DNA from: an uncultured delta proteobacterium
Lineage (GTDB): Bacteria; Myxococcota_A; Polyangia; Polyangiales; B10-G4
Assembly: GCA_963727445.1 (NCBI GenBank)
Contig: CAVSGI010000010.1
Location: forward strand, 1,440,001 to 1,504,000
DNA length: 64,000 bases
Direction: 5' to 3'
A program made the translations under genes and the position numbers. The notes under the pieces were generated by a model. That model was not told where the DNA came from. It searched no databases and saw only the letters and a list, made by a program, of their open reading frames with translations. Positions 49,566 to 58,752 of the stretch are shown here, piece after piece; the first letter of the stretch is position 1, and each line of letters starts with the position of its first letter.

Positions 49566-51617
49566 ATGAGTGAGTGGAAGGGACGGGTCGACGGGGAGGA
49601 CGTGCTCGCCGACTCGAGTGCGGATGAAAGCGAGCTACGGCTGCGCCTCTTGCGCGCCGAAGAATCGTTGAGTGAGCAGGCTGCCCGGTGGCTGTTCGCC
49701 ATCGAGGGCACCGGGGTCGGCGTGCTCGACTGGGATATCCCCACCGGCGCGATGGAGTTCTCGGATCGCTGGCTCGAGATCACCGGCTACTCCCGTGATG
49801 AGATCGCAAACCGCTTCGAGACCCTCACGTCGCTGGTTCACCCCGACGACCTTCCGGCGGCTCTGGCCGACGCCGAGGAAGTCCTCGCCGGGCGCAAGGC
49901 CGTCCATGCGGTCGAGCACCGCCTCAAGCACCGCGAGGGTCATTGGATCTGGGTGCAGTCGCGCAGCCTGGTCACTGCGTGGACCGACGACCGACAGCCG
50001 CTCCGGATGATCGGCACCCACGTCGACATCACCGACCGGAAACGCGCGGAGGAAGCCCTCAGGGAGAGTGAGTCGCGTTTCCGTGCGCTCGCCGACGGCG
50101 CACCGATCGTCCTCTTCGTCGACGACGTGAAGAGCGGCACCCAGTTCGTGAACCGCACCTACTGCGAATATTTCGGCGTCACCTCGGCGCAGGTCGAGTC
50201 GGAAGGTTGGCGCCCGCTGGTGCACCCGGAGGACGAGGCAGCGTACGTCGCGCAGGTGATGAAGGCCGTTCGAGAGCGACTCCCCTTCCGCGCGGAGGTT
50301 CGCGTTCGCAGAGCGGACGGGCAGTGGCGGGTCGCCGAGACGGTCGCCGAGCCCCGCCTGGCGCCGAGCGGCGAGTACGTCGGCCACGTCGGCATCCTCA
50401 TCGACATCACCGATCGCAAACGCGCAGAGCGGGAGCACGCGCAAATGCAGCAACAGCTGCTCGAGTCCCAGAAGATCGAGTCGATCGGCCGCCTGGCGGG
50501 CGGCGTGGCGCACGACTTCAACAACATGCTCGGAGTGATCCTCGGGCACGTGGACCTCGCGCTGGCCAAGGCCGCCGGCACGGAGCTGGAAGACGACTTG
50601 ATCTACGTTCGCGCAGCGGCCGAGCGGTCCGCCAGCCTCACCCGACAGCTCCTGGCTTTCGCGCGCCAGCAGCCGATCTCACCTTTGGCCATCGACTTGC
50701 GTGAAACGGTCCCGCGGACCCTCATGATGCTCGGGCCGCTCATCGGAGAGAACATCGACCTGCAATGGCAGCCGGCCCTGGACCTGTGGTCGCTGAAGAT
50801 GGACCCGAGCCAGGTGGACCAGATCCTCACGAACCTCTGCGCAAATGCCCGCGATGCGATCGACGGAGTCGGAACGATCACGATCGAAGCGCGAAACGTG
50901 TCCATCGACGCCGCGGACTCCGCGGAGCTGGGGGCACCCCCCGGCGAATACGTGCGTCTCACCGTGAGAGACGATGGCTGCGGCATGACCCAGGAGACGC
51001 AGGCGCACCTCTTCGAGCCCTTCTACACCACCAAGGGCGTCGGCCGCGGCACCGGCCTCGGGCTCGCGACGGTCTATGGCATCGTCAAACAGAATGACGG
51101 GTTGTTGCACGTGGAGAGCGCGGAAGGAGCCGGAGCGAAGTTCGACATCTATCTGCCGCGCACGCACGAGGGGGCATCGCCCACGTGGATGCCCGAGCGA
51201 ACGGCAGTCCGAGCGAAGAACGGGGATGCGACGATCCTGTTGGTAGAGGATGAGCCGGCCTTCTTGCGGGTGAGCAAGAAGATGCTCGAATCCTCGGGCT
51301 ACCGGGTTCTCTCGGCCCCTTCTCCGAGCGTGGCGCTCCGACTGGCAGAGCAGCATCGCAGCACGATTCAACTGATCATCACCGATGTCGTCATGCCCGA
51401 GATGGACGGCCGACAGTTGGCTGACCAGCTCAGGCCGATCGTCCCCGAGGCCCCAGTGCTCTTCATCTCCGGTTACGCGGAGGATCACATCGCGCGGCAC
51501 GGCGTGACCGGTAACGCGCTGAACTTCCTGCAAAAGCCGTTCACGAGCACCCAGCTCGCCGCGAAAGTGCGAGCGGCGCTGGCGGAGACCGCGGGCACGC
51601 CAGCTGCACCGACCTAG
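49566..51617 (+). CDS. Cytoplasmic hybrid sensor kinase (PAS-PAS-HisKA-HATPase-REC)
   Basis: Two VHPxD PAS/PAC units; GGVAHDFNN H-box; NARDA, DDGCGM, FEPFYTTK, GTGLGL; receiver LLVEDE, TDVVMP, KPF; SD GGAGG. Confidence 0.95.
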   Translation: MSEWKGRVDGEDVLADSSADESELRLRLLRAEESLSEQAARWLFAIEGTGVGVLDWDIPTGAMEFSDRWLEITGYSRDEIANRFETLTSLVHPDDLPAALADAEEVLAGRKAVHAVEHRLKHREGHWIWVQSRSLVTAWTDDRQPLRMIGTHVDITDRKRAEEALRESESRFRALADGAPIVLFVDDVKSGTQFVNRTYCEYFGVTSAQVESEGWRPLVHPEDEAAYVAQVMKAVRERLPFRAEVRVRRADGQWRVAETVAEPRLAPSGEYVGHVGILIDITDRKRAEREHAQMQQQLLESQKIESIGRLAGGVAHDFNNMLGVILGHVDLALAKAAGTELEDDLIYVRAAAERSASLTRQLLAFARQQPISPLAIDLRETVPRTLMMLGPLIGENIDLQWQPALDLWSLKMDPSQVDQILTNLCANARDAIDGVGTITIEARNVSIDAADSAELGAPPGEYVRLTVRDDGCGMTQETQAHLFEPFYTTKGVGRGTGLGLATVYGIVKQNDGLLHVESAEGAGAKFDIYLPRTHEGASPTWMPERTAVRAKNGDATILLVEDEPAFLRVSKKMLESSGYRVLSAPSPSVALRLAEQHRSTIQLIITDVVMPEMDGRQLADQLRPIVPEAPVLFISGYAEDHIARHGVTGNALNFLQKPFTSTQLAAKVRAALAETAGTPAAPT

Positions 51618-52495
51618 CGGCAGCGGAAGAGCTCGGGCCGGTACTCGAAGTGGAAGGTGTCGTAGTGGTACCAGCGCCCGCCCCAGGCGAAGCCATGGGA
51701 CTCGAAGAGGTCGACGAGGGAGCGCGGCATGTGACTCTGCCACCGTCCCTCGAAAGGCCGCTGCCACCGCCAGTACTCCCCACAGGAGGTGTTGAGGTCG
51801 ACCGCGATGCCGAAGGCATGGGGCGAGAGGCGCTCGGTGCCGCGAATGGTGCGGTGGAAGAACGAGCCGATGGGTGGTTCGACGCAGGGGCGCGCCTCGG
51901 CGGGCAGGCCTGACAGCTCGCCGATGATCTGGCGGAGCGCATCCGCCGCGCCATTGCGCGACGAGAAGCGCACGCTGCCGCCGCCCGGCCAGGGGATGCG
52001 CGTGAGATGCGCGCGAACCGCCCGCTCGCTCGCGCCGTATGCGTTCTCGAGGAGCATCGCGTGTCGAACGCGGCCGGGCTCGACGTTTTCACCAGGCGGG
52101 CTCGGATCGCTGCCCGCCGGATAGGGCTGCGCGAGGGTGTCTTCGAGGTCGGGATCGTCGAGTCGCGTCTCGTAGTCCTTTTCGCGACCGTCGTCCCACG
52201 GCGCCTCACGCCCGTCGGCGAAGACCGCCACCCAAACTCCGTCGCGCTGGACCACCTCTCGGATCGCGTCTGGGTAGCTCTCGGCGAGGCAGGTGAGCGC
52301 GGCGGGCGCCTGAGAGCCCTCTGCGGGAACCTCCTCCGGCTCGCGCGGCCGCGTAGCCGGCTCCACGGACGCGACGGATCTCTCAGGCCGGGGATCGGAG
52401 GTCAGAGGGCCGGGCGGCGCCGTCTCCGCGCATCCCCAGGCAAAGAGCGCCAGGAGCACCGAGAGTCTGACAAACGAGCCTCGCCACCTCAGCAC
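51614..52495 (-). CDS. M15 family zinc metallopeptidase lipoprotein (start approximate)
   Basis: SPHAFGIAVD (SxHxxGxAxD) and YDTFHFEYRPEL; AWGC lipobox-like. Confidence 0.88.
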   Translation of the reverse strand: MLRWRGSFVRLSVLLALFAWGCAETAPPGPLTSDPRPERSVASVEPATRPREPEEVPAEGSQAPAALTCLAESYPDAIREVVQRDGVWVAVFADGREAPWDDGREKDYETRLDDPDLEDTLAQPYPAGSDPSPPGENVEPGRVRHAMLLENAYGASERAVRAHLTRIPWPGGGSVRFSSRNGAADALRQIIGELSGLPAEARPCVEPPIGSFFHRTIRGTERLSPHAFGIAVDLNTSCGEYWRWQRPFEGRWQSHMPRSLVDLFESHGFAWGGRWYHYDTFHFEYRPELFRCR

Positions 52496-52525
52496 GGATT
52501 CGGTAGCCTCCGCGACGAGGAGAAA

Positions 52526-53020
52526 ATGCGCATGTCTTCGAGGCTCGTCGTCATCGTCATCGCCGCCCTTTTCGCGGCTTCTGGATGCTCCACCGCGATC
52601 GCGCTCACCGACAAGGGGCAGCTGGTCCACGTGGCCAACGACGCCGATCTTCCCATGGGGTGCAACCTCATCGGCGACATCCCCATCGGCCTGCAGGCCG
52701 ACGCCGCGCGGCCACGCACCGAGGACGAGCTGGTCATCCTCATGCGGAACAAGACCGGCGAGCAGGGGGGGACCCACGTGGTCGTCGACTCCAAGGAGCA
52801 GCGCGGCCAGACCGAAGAGGGACGCCGCTGGGTCGGACGTGGCCGGGGATACCGGTGTCCGGCGTCCACGGCCCAGGTGACGCCCTCGGAGGAAGGCGAC
52901 GACGACACCGTGCTCGAAGAGGAGACCTCGGGTGGTGAAGAAGAGGGCGCAGAAGGTGAAGGTGACGGTGACGGCGAAGAAGGCGGCGGCGACACGCTGA
53001 ACGACGAAGACCTTCTCTGA
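52526..53020 (+). CDS. DUF4156-like lipoprotein with acidic tail
   Basis: SD GAGGAG; ASGC lipobox; LTDKGQLV...GCNLIG...MRNKTGEQGGTHVV...YRC. Confidence 0.7.
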   Translation: MRMSSRLVVIVIAALFAASGCSTAIALTDKGQLVHVANDADLPMGCNLIGDIPIGLQADAARPRTEDELVILMRNKTGEQGGTHVVVDSKEQRGQTEEGRRWVGRGRGYRCPASTAQVTPSEEGDDDTVLEEETSGGEEEGAEGEGDGDGEEGGGDTLNDEDLL

Positions 53021-53027
53021 GCCGCGC

Positions 53028-53942
53028 TCACTCCTTCGCGAGGGCGTCCAGGATCGACTCGAGGTCGGCCGGGATCCCCATCGCGTGGTAGCCCTTGTCG
53101 ACGTGCACCACCGTTCCGGTGATCCCGCGCGCGAGCGGGCTCGAGAGGAACGCCGCCGTCGCCCCGACCTCGAAGGCCTCGAGCGCCTCCGGCAGCGGTG
53201 ATGCGAGCTTATAGAAGTCGATCACCCGCTTGATGAAGCCGATGGCGGAGGCCGCGCGCGACGCGTAAGGCCCCGCGCTGATCGAATTGACGCGGACGCC
53301 CCACTTGCGCCCCGCCTCGAAGGCGAGGGTGCGGGTGTCGCTCTCGAGGGCGGCCTTCGCGGAGCTCATGCCGCCGCCGTAGCCCGGCACCACGCGCTCG
53401 CCCGCGAGGTAGGTGAGGTTGAGGAAGCTGCCGCCGGGACGCATCAGCGGCCCGAGGTGCTGCACGAGCGAGACGAACGAATAGGCGCTCGCGCCGAGGG
53501 CGCCGAGGTAGCCGTTTCGGCTCGTCTCGAGGAGCGGATTCTTCACCTCGGGCCCGTTGGCGAGGCTGTGCACGACGACGTCGATGCAGGCGTCGCCGAA
53601 GTCGCCCTTCATCGCGCTGGCGAGGCCCTCGATGCTGAAGTCCCCGCGGTCGCGGTAGCGCTTGGACTCACGCAGCTCCGCGGGCGCGTCCTCGAGGCGG
53701 TCGAAGTCGGCGTCGAGGGGGTAGATCTTCTCGAAGCTCATGTCCTCGCCGGAGGCGAGCTTCATGTCCATCTTCCCGCGCCGGAGCAGCGTCTCGAAGA
53801 TGGTCATCGCCGGCGGCCAGGTCCCGACGCAGACCGTCGCCCCCGCCTCGATCATCGCCTTGGCGATGGCGAATCCGAACCCGCCGTCGTCGGCCACGCC
53901 GGCGACGAGCACACGCTTACCCGAAAGGTCGATTCCCAGCAT
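53028..53942 (-). CDS. fabI: Enoyl-ACP reductase, plant/chlamydial type
   Basis: AGVADDGGFGFAIAK, VGTWPP, VHSLANGPEV, YGGGMSSAKAALESDTRTLAFEAG. Confidence 0.93.
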   Translation of the reverse strand: MLGIDLSGKRVLVAGVADDGGFGFAIAKAMIEAGATVCVGTWPPAMTIFETLLRRGKMDMKLASGEDMSFEKIYPLDADFDRLEDAPAELRESKRYRDRGDFSIEGLASAMKGDFGDACIDVVVHSLANGPEVKNPLLETSRNGYLGALGASAYSFVSLVQHLGPLMRPGGSFLNLTYLAGERVVPGYGGGMSSAKAALESDTRTLAFEAGRKWGVRVNSISAGPYASRAASAIGFIKRVIDFYKLASPLPEALEAFEVGATAAFLSSPLARGITGTVVHVDKGYHAMGIPADLESILDALAKE

Positions 53943-54014
53943 TTCGGGCGAACCCTCGACGACGCCGGAGGCGCCGTCAAGCCCGACGGCGCCCCCCGAC
54001 GCAGCGGGCGCCCC

Positions 54015-54386
54015 TCACCGCCCGTAGAAGAACTCTTCTTTCACGATCTTCCCGTCTTCGACGGTGAAGAGCCCGACCTCGTCCATCTGCATCCGCTGCC
54101 CGGTGGGACGGTTGGTGACGTCGTAATCGAAGCGGACTGCGAAGCGGTCCTCACCGTGGGGATAAGGCCCCTGGACGCCGGCGGAATGCACCTCGTGGAT
54201 CTCGGCCCACATCTCGTTCTTGCCGCGCACGGCGTCGATGCCCTTGGTGACGCGATCGCCCCCGTTCGGCGGAGGTGCCGCCTCGATGCTCACCACGTCC
54301 TTCGCGTAGAAGGTGTTCACGCACTCGACGTTCTTGCCCTCGCGGCACAGCTCGACCAGGCGCTTTCCGATCTCGTTCGCGTTCAT
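54015..54386 (-). CDS. SnoaL-like domain protein
   Basis: RLVELCREG...YAKDVVSIE...MDEVGLFTVEDGKIVKEEFFY; ATG overlaps upstream TGA. Confidence 0.85.
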   Translation of the reverse strand: MNANEIGKRLVELCREGKNVECVNTFYAKDVVSIEAAPPPNGGDRVTKGIDAVRGKNEMWAEIHEVHSAGVQGPYPHGEDRFAVRFDYDVTNRPTGQRMQMDEVGLFTVEDGKIVKEEFFYGR

Positions 54387-56679
54387 GTCTGAAGTCCCTC
54401 CTCGCCGGCGGTCGTCGCCGGCTCCATGGAGGTATGCGACAGTGCTCCTGTCAGCGTCGTGTCAGGAGCCTGTCGTGGGGCGACGAGGAGCTTCGAGAGG
54501 CCCTCGGCGAAGCGCAGCATCTCCTCGATCTCGTCGACCGTGGCGCGGCGCATCAGGGTCTTGAAGACCACCAGCTCGTCGCCGTTGCTCTCGACGTGAT
54601 AGACGGGCTCCTCCTCGAAGAACGAAACCAGCGCTGGGCTCATGAGCGCGACGATGGCTCGTTCGTCCGGACCCTTGAGCGAGTACTTCCGCGAAAACGC
54701 AGGGCTGCCTTCGAGCTCGATGTCGTGAAGGCCAGCCAGCTCGAGGGCGCGTTCGAGCAGTCCCTCCTTCTCCATCACCAGCTCCGGGAGCACGAAGGGC
54801 AAGCGGATCACCTGCACCGTGGTGTGATAGACCTCCGGGATCAGCGCACCCTCGTCGAAGGTCACGTCGCAGAGCATGACCTCGAGCTCGTGCTCGCCGA
54901 TGGCGTGGCTGCCGGTCACGACGGTGTCGCGGTACTCGATGGGGTGCATCCGGAAGAACTCGAAGTAGTCGAGGTGCTCCGGGTCCCAGTCACGCCGGGC
55001 ATCGAACTCCCATCCCCGCGCCTTCGCGAGCTCCGCGATCTTCCGCTGCCGCGCGGTGAGCCGGCGCTCGTGCTTGGCGCGCTGCTGCGCGTGCAGAGCG
55101 TCCGGATGATCGGAGATCGCGGTGTGTGATTCGAGCCCGATGAGCTCGAAAGACGCGTCCTTGAACGCCATCAGCTGCCGGCGCCGGAGCTCGTGGCAGT
55201 ACTCGAGGAAGGTCGTGTCGACCAGCGTGGCTGAGTGGAAGTCGAGGACGATCCGCTCCCCCTTGGGCACCTCGGCATAGGCGCGCTTGAGCCGCGGAAT
55301 GGCCAGACAGCTCGCGATACCGCGGATGCGAAGAAGATACGGACCGTCGCCCTCGTGCTTGATCTCGATCTCGGTCTCGCGGAGCAGCCGCCACGCTTCG
55401 CGCGGGGGCAGGCCCACGATGAGGAAGTGGCCCAGCATCTCGGCGAGGAAGCCCACCACAATCCCCCACAGGAGCCCCCAGCTCATGGTGGCCACGACGG
55501 TGACGCCATAGACGATGAAGTGATCAGGCCCCTTGTGAATCGTGTCCCGCACGACGTGGGGCGCGGCCAGCTTGTAGCCCGTGTAGACCAGGATCGCGGC
55601 CAGGGCCGAGAGCGCGATCTCCTCGATCGCAGATTCGAGCAGAACCACGAAGGCGAGGACGATCATGCCGTGGAAGAAGTTCGACCACCCCGTCTTGGCG
55701 CCGTGGTTCGCGTTGACGGAGCTGCGCGCGATCACCGTCAGCACCGGTAGACCGCCGAGCATCCCGGAGACCATCGAGGAGAGGCCCATCGCCACCAGGT
55801 CGCGATCGAGGCCCGAGCGGCGCCGGTGGGGGTCGAGCTTGTCGACGGCCTTGACGCTCACCACGTTCTCGATGGAGGTGACGAGGGTCATCGTCATCAC
55901 GACGAACCAGAACCGCGGCTCACCGATGCGGGAGAAGTCCGGGTGAACGAGGCTCCCCAGGAGATCGTCGGGAATGTGCACCAGGAGCGAATCCGACAAG
56001 CCCGCATGTCGCGTGAACGCCAGGGCCAGGGGCGCGCTGATGATCACCACCCAGAGAGGCGCCGGCACGTAGTGGACGACCTTCGCCTTGATGCGTGGGT
56101 GAACGATCATGACGGTCAGGCTCACGAAGCCGATCGAGCGCGGCCAGCGGCTCGAGCCCCACCACCGTCTCCGGGAAGCGCTCGAAAGACGTCGATGGGG
56201 CTCGCGTGCGGGGCGCTGCCGCCGAAGAGCACGTGCGCCTGCTTGCCGACGATCATGAGGCCGATGGCGGACAACAGCCCCTGCACCACCGCAGCCGGGA
56301 TGAGATCGCCCAGCTTGCCGAGGCGGAAGAGGCCGAGCGCCACCTGCAGCCCACCCGCCACCACCACGGCGCCCAGGACGTGAGCGAAGGCCCCGCGGTC
56401 GTCGCCGAAGGTCGCGAGCCCCACCGCGACGACCACGATGAGGCTGTTGCCGGGTCCGTTGATGGCGAGGTGGCTGCCGCGCAGGAACGTGGCGAGGACG
56501 CCGGCTATCACCACCGAGACCAGGCCCGAGATCGGCGGCGCGCCCGCCGCCGTCGCGATGCCGAGGGCGAGCGGGAGCGCGACCAACGCGACGCTGAAAC
56601 CGGCGATCAGATCGTCGCGCCAGAAACGGGCGAGGCCCCGGAGATCGGTGCGGGGCGGATCCTTGGATGACGGCTTCAA
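54383..56679 (-). CDS. SulP/SLC26 anion transporter with long C-terminal extension; two single-base insertions near 56171 and 56134
   Basis: DDLIAGFSVALVALPLALGIA, GPGN, GGLPVLTVIARSSVN, LAAILVYTGYKL; removing two bases restores ALPETVVGLEPLAALIGFVSL. Confidence 0.85.
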
Positions 56680-56700
56680 CGCGCTTCCTCTTCGTCCTGA

Positions 56701-58272
56701 CTACGTCGCTCGGGCCGGCTTGTCTGGAGCTGGGGGGCGCTCGGTCAAGGGCTTGGGCGCCATCCGGGCGCGGGGCGTGTGCTTTCCCTGCAGATGCTCC
56801 CACTGGAGTAGGACGGTGCCGCCGCTCGCCTCGTAGGTGTCGCTCCAGCTCTTCATCTGCTCGAGGCACGCGAAGTCGACGTGCACCAGTCGGTCGAGCT
56901 GGACGTGGACGCGCTGACCTCGCGGAAGCGCCTCCAGGGCCTCGGCCAGACGCGGGAGGCTGAGGAAGGTCGCCGCGCCCTCGAGGTGCACGTCGATGCG
57001 ATCCTCGTGGACCTCGGTCTCCACCGAGAGATGACTGAAGGTGTAGATCAGGTGCCCAAAGGACAACACGATGCCGACGATCACGCCGGTGAGCAGGTCG
57101 GTCGCCACGATGGCCGACAGAGTGATCACGGTGATCGCGAAATCGAGCCGGCTACGCCGCCAAACGGCGCGCAGGCCCTCGAGGTCGAGGAGCTTGTAGC
57201 CGGTGTAGACGAGGATGGCGGCGAGCGCCGATCGCGGGATCGTCTCCAGGACGAAGGGGAAGGCGACGACCAGGAGGAGCAGCCACACGCCGTGGAAGAT
57301 GGCGCTCGAACGGGTCTTGGCGCCCGCGTCCACGTTGGCCGACGAGCGCACGATGACGCCAGTCATCGGTAGCGCGCCCACCGCGCCGCAGAGCACGTTG
57401 CCCACGCCCTGCGCGATCAGCTCCTTGTCGTAGCGGGTCCGCGGTCCATCGTGCATGCGATCGACCGCCGATGCACAGAGGAGGGTCTCCGCGCTCGCGA
57501 TGAGCCCGACCGCGAAGCACTCCTCGAGGAACTTTGGATCGCCCAGGAGCGCGAAGCTCTCGGCGGTGGGGATGTTGAAGCCGGCCGTGAGGTCCGCGGG
57601 GATCGCGACGTACACGATGGGGAGCGCGTAGAGGGCGGCGCCAGCGGTGCCCACCACGACGCCGATCAGCGGGCCGGGGACCGCCTTGAGCCTGTCGGGC
57701 TTGAATTGATTCCAGGCGACGAGCGAGGCGATGGTCGCGATGCCCACCATGGCCGCGTGCTGATGGATCCCGGAGGCCGTCGCGAACAGCCCCTCCTTCA
57801 CAGCCGCGGGAATGGTGAACAGGTTCGACAGACCGCTCGCCTTGGGCTCGTCGTCCAACATCACGTGGAACTGGCTCCCCAGGATCAGCGCGCCGATCCC
57901 GGCGAGCATCCCCTTGATGACGGCGGGCGAGACCGCGCGGAACCAGCGCCCGATCCGGAAGAGGCCGGCCAGGATCTGAAGGCCGCCTCCCACCAGGACG
58001 GCGACGCCTAGGGCCGGCAGCCCGTAGTCCTGCACCAGCTGGTAGACGAGCACGGCCAGACCGGCGGCGGGTCCACTCACCTGCAGGGGCGAGCCAGCGA
58101 TGAAGCCGACGACCAGACCACCCACGATCCCGGTGATGAGACCGAGAGCTGGGGGCACGCCGGAGGCGATGGCGATGCCCATGCACAGGGGCAGGGCCAC
58201 CAGAAATACGACGACCGACGCGAGTAGGTCGCGTGGGAAGTTCGCGCGGATGTCTCTTAGCTCTTCGAGCAT
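56701..58272 (-). CDS. SulP/SLC26 anion transporter with STAS-like domain
   Basis: DLLASVVVFLVALPLCMGIA, VSGPAAGL, ASAETLL, LPMTGVIVRSSAN; SD AGGAG. Confidence 0.95.
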   Translation of the reverse strand: MLEELRDIRANFPRDLLASVVVFLVALPLCMGIAIASGVPPALGLITGIVGGLVVGFIAGSPLQVSGPAAGLAVLVYQLVQDYGLPALGVAVLVGGGLQILAGLFRIGRWFRAVSPAVIKGMLAGIGALILGSQFHVMLDDEPKASGLSNLFTIPAAVKEGLFATASGIHQHAAMVGIATIASLVAWNQFKPDRLKAVPGPLIGVVVGTAGAALYALPIVYVAIPADLTAGFNIPTAESFALLGDPKFLEECFAVGLIASAETLLCASAVDRMHDGPRTRYDKELIAQGVGNVLCGAVGALPMTGVIVRSSANVDAGAKTRSSAIFHGVWLLLLVVAFPFVLETIPRSALAAILVYTGYKLLDLEGLRAVWRRSRLDFAITVITLSAIVATDLLTGVIVGIVLSFGHLIYTFSHLSVETEVHEDRIDVHLEGAATFLSLPRLAEALEALPRGQRVHVQLDRLVHVDFACLEQMKSWSDTYEASGGTVLLQWEHLQGKHTPRARMAPKPLTERPPAPDKPARAT

Positions 58273-58432
58273 GGTCGAACGTTCTCCTGTTCACGGTTGT
58301 CGACGTCGATGCACCGCCGGCGAATACCGGCGGCGATCGGCAGGCCGAGCCGAGGCCCTTCGCCGACCGAGGTCAGCGAAGGGTGGGCGTGCGGCTCGGA
58401 CCGACTACGCGCGTGGAGGTCGTTCGAACTCG
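58268..58432 (-). promoter_or_regulatory. Structured leader that could sequester the sulP Shine-Dalgarno sequence
   Basis: Nested inverted repeats: TCGAACG-AC-CTCC (58427-58415) vs GGAG-AA-CGTTCGA (58287-58275); internal hairpins at 58356-58383 and 58314-58333. Confidence 0.65.
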
Positions 58433-58728
58433 TCTGGTGGAGCGTGCGCCGGGCTGTCGCTCACCGAGGCCAGGATCGGCCGGGAGGAGAGCGCGAAGGC
58501 CGCGGCGACCATCACCGAGGCTTCGTCATCCTCGACCTCGAGGAGGTCGACGGCGTCGGGGCCCGGCTGTTCGAAGTGAGCTCCGTCGGGCTGGTCGTGC
58601 TCGATCGACGCCTCGTCGACGTCGAGGACGCTCTGCGCCGCCACGGCCCCACCGATTTCGAGGGGGAAGAGCGCGACCAGGAGGAGCGCTGCCACGAGCC
58701 GTGACGAGGACGATTGCACCGGCTTCAT
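58405..58728 (-). CDS. Small secretory leader protein ending ERPPRA, candidate ribosome-arrest peptide
   Basis: 107 aa; N-terminal hydrophobic signal (RLVAALLLVALFPL...AVAA); acidic spacer; C-terminal HAPPDEFERPPRA. Confidence 0.65.
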   Translation of the reverse strand: MKPVQSSSSRLVAALLLVALFPLEIGGAVAAQSVLDVDEASIEHDQPDGAHFEQPGPDAVDLLEVEDDEASVMVAAAFALSSRPILASVSDSPAHAPPDEFERPPRA

Positions 58729-58752
58729 GTTAACGCCGGCATGGCCAGATAG

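Noticed and set aside
58314..58383. Guanidine-II (mini-ykkC) riboswitch, given two hairpins before a transporter
   Set aside because: Loops are CTCG and TATTCG, not ACGR, and the linker is too long
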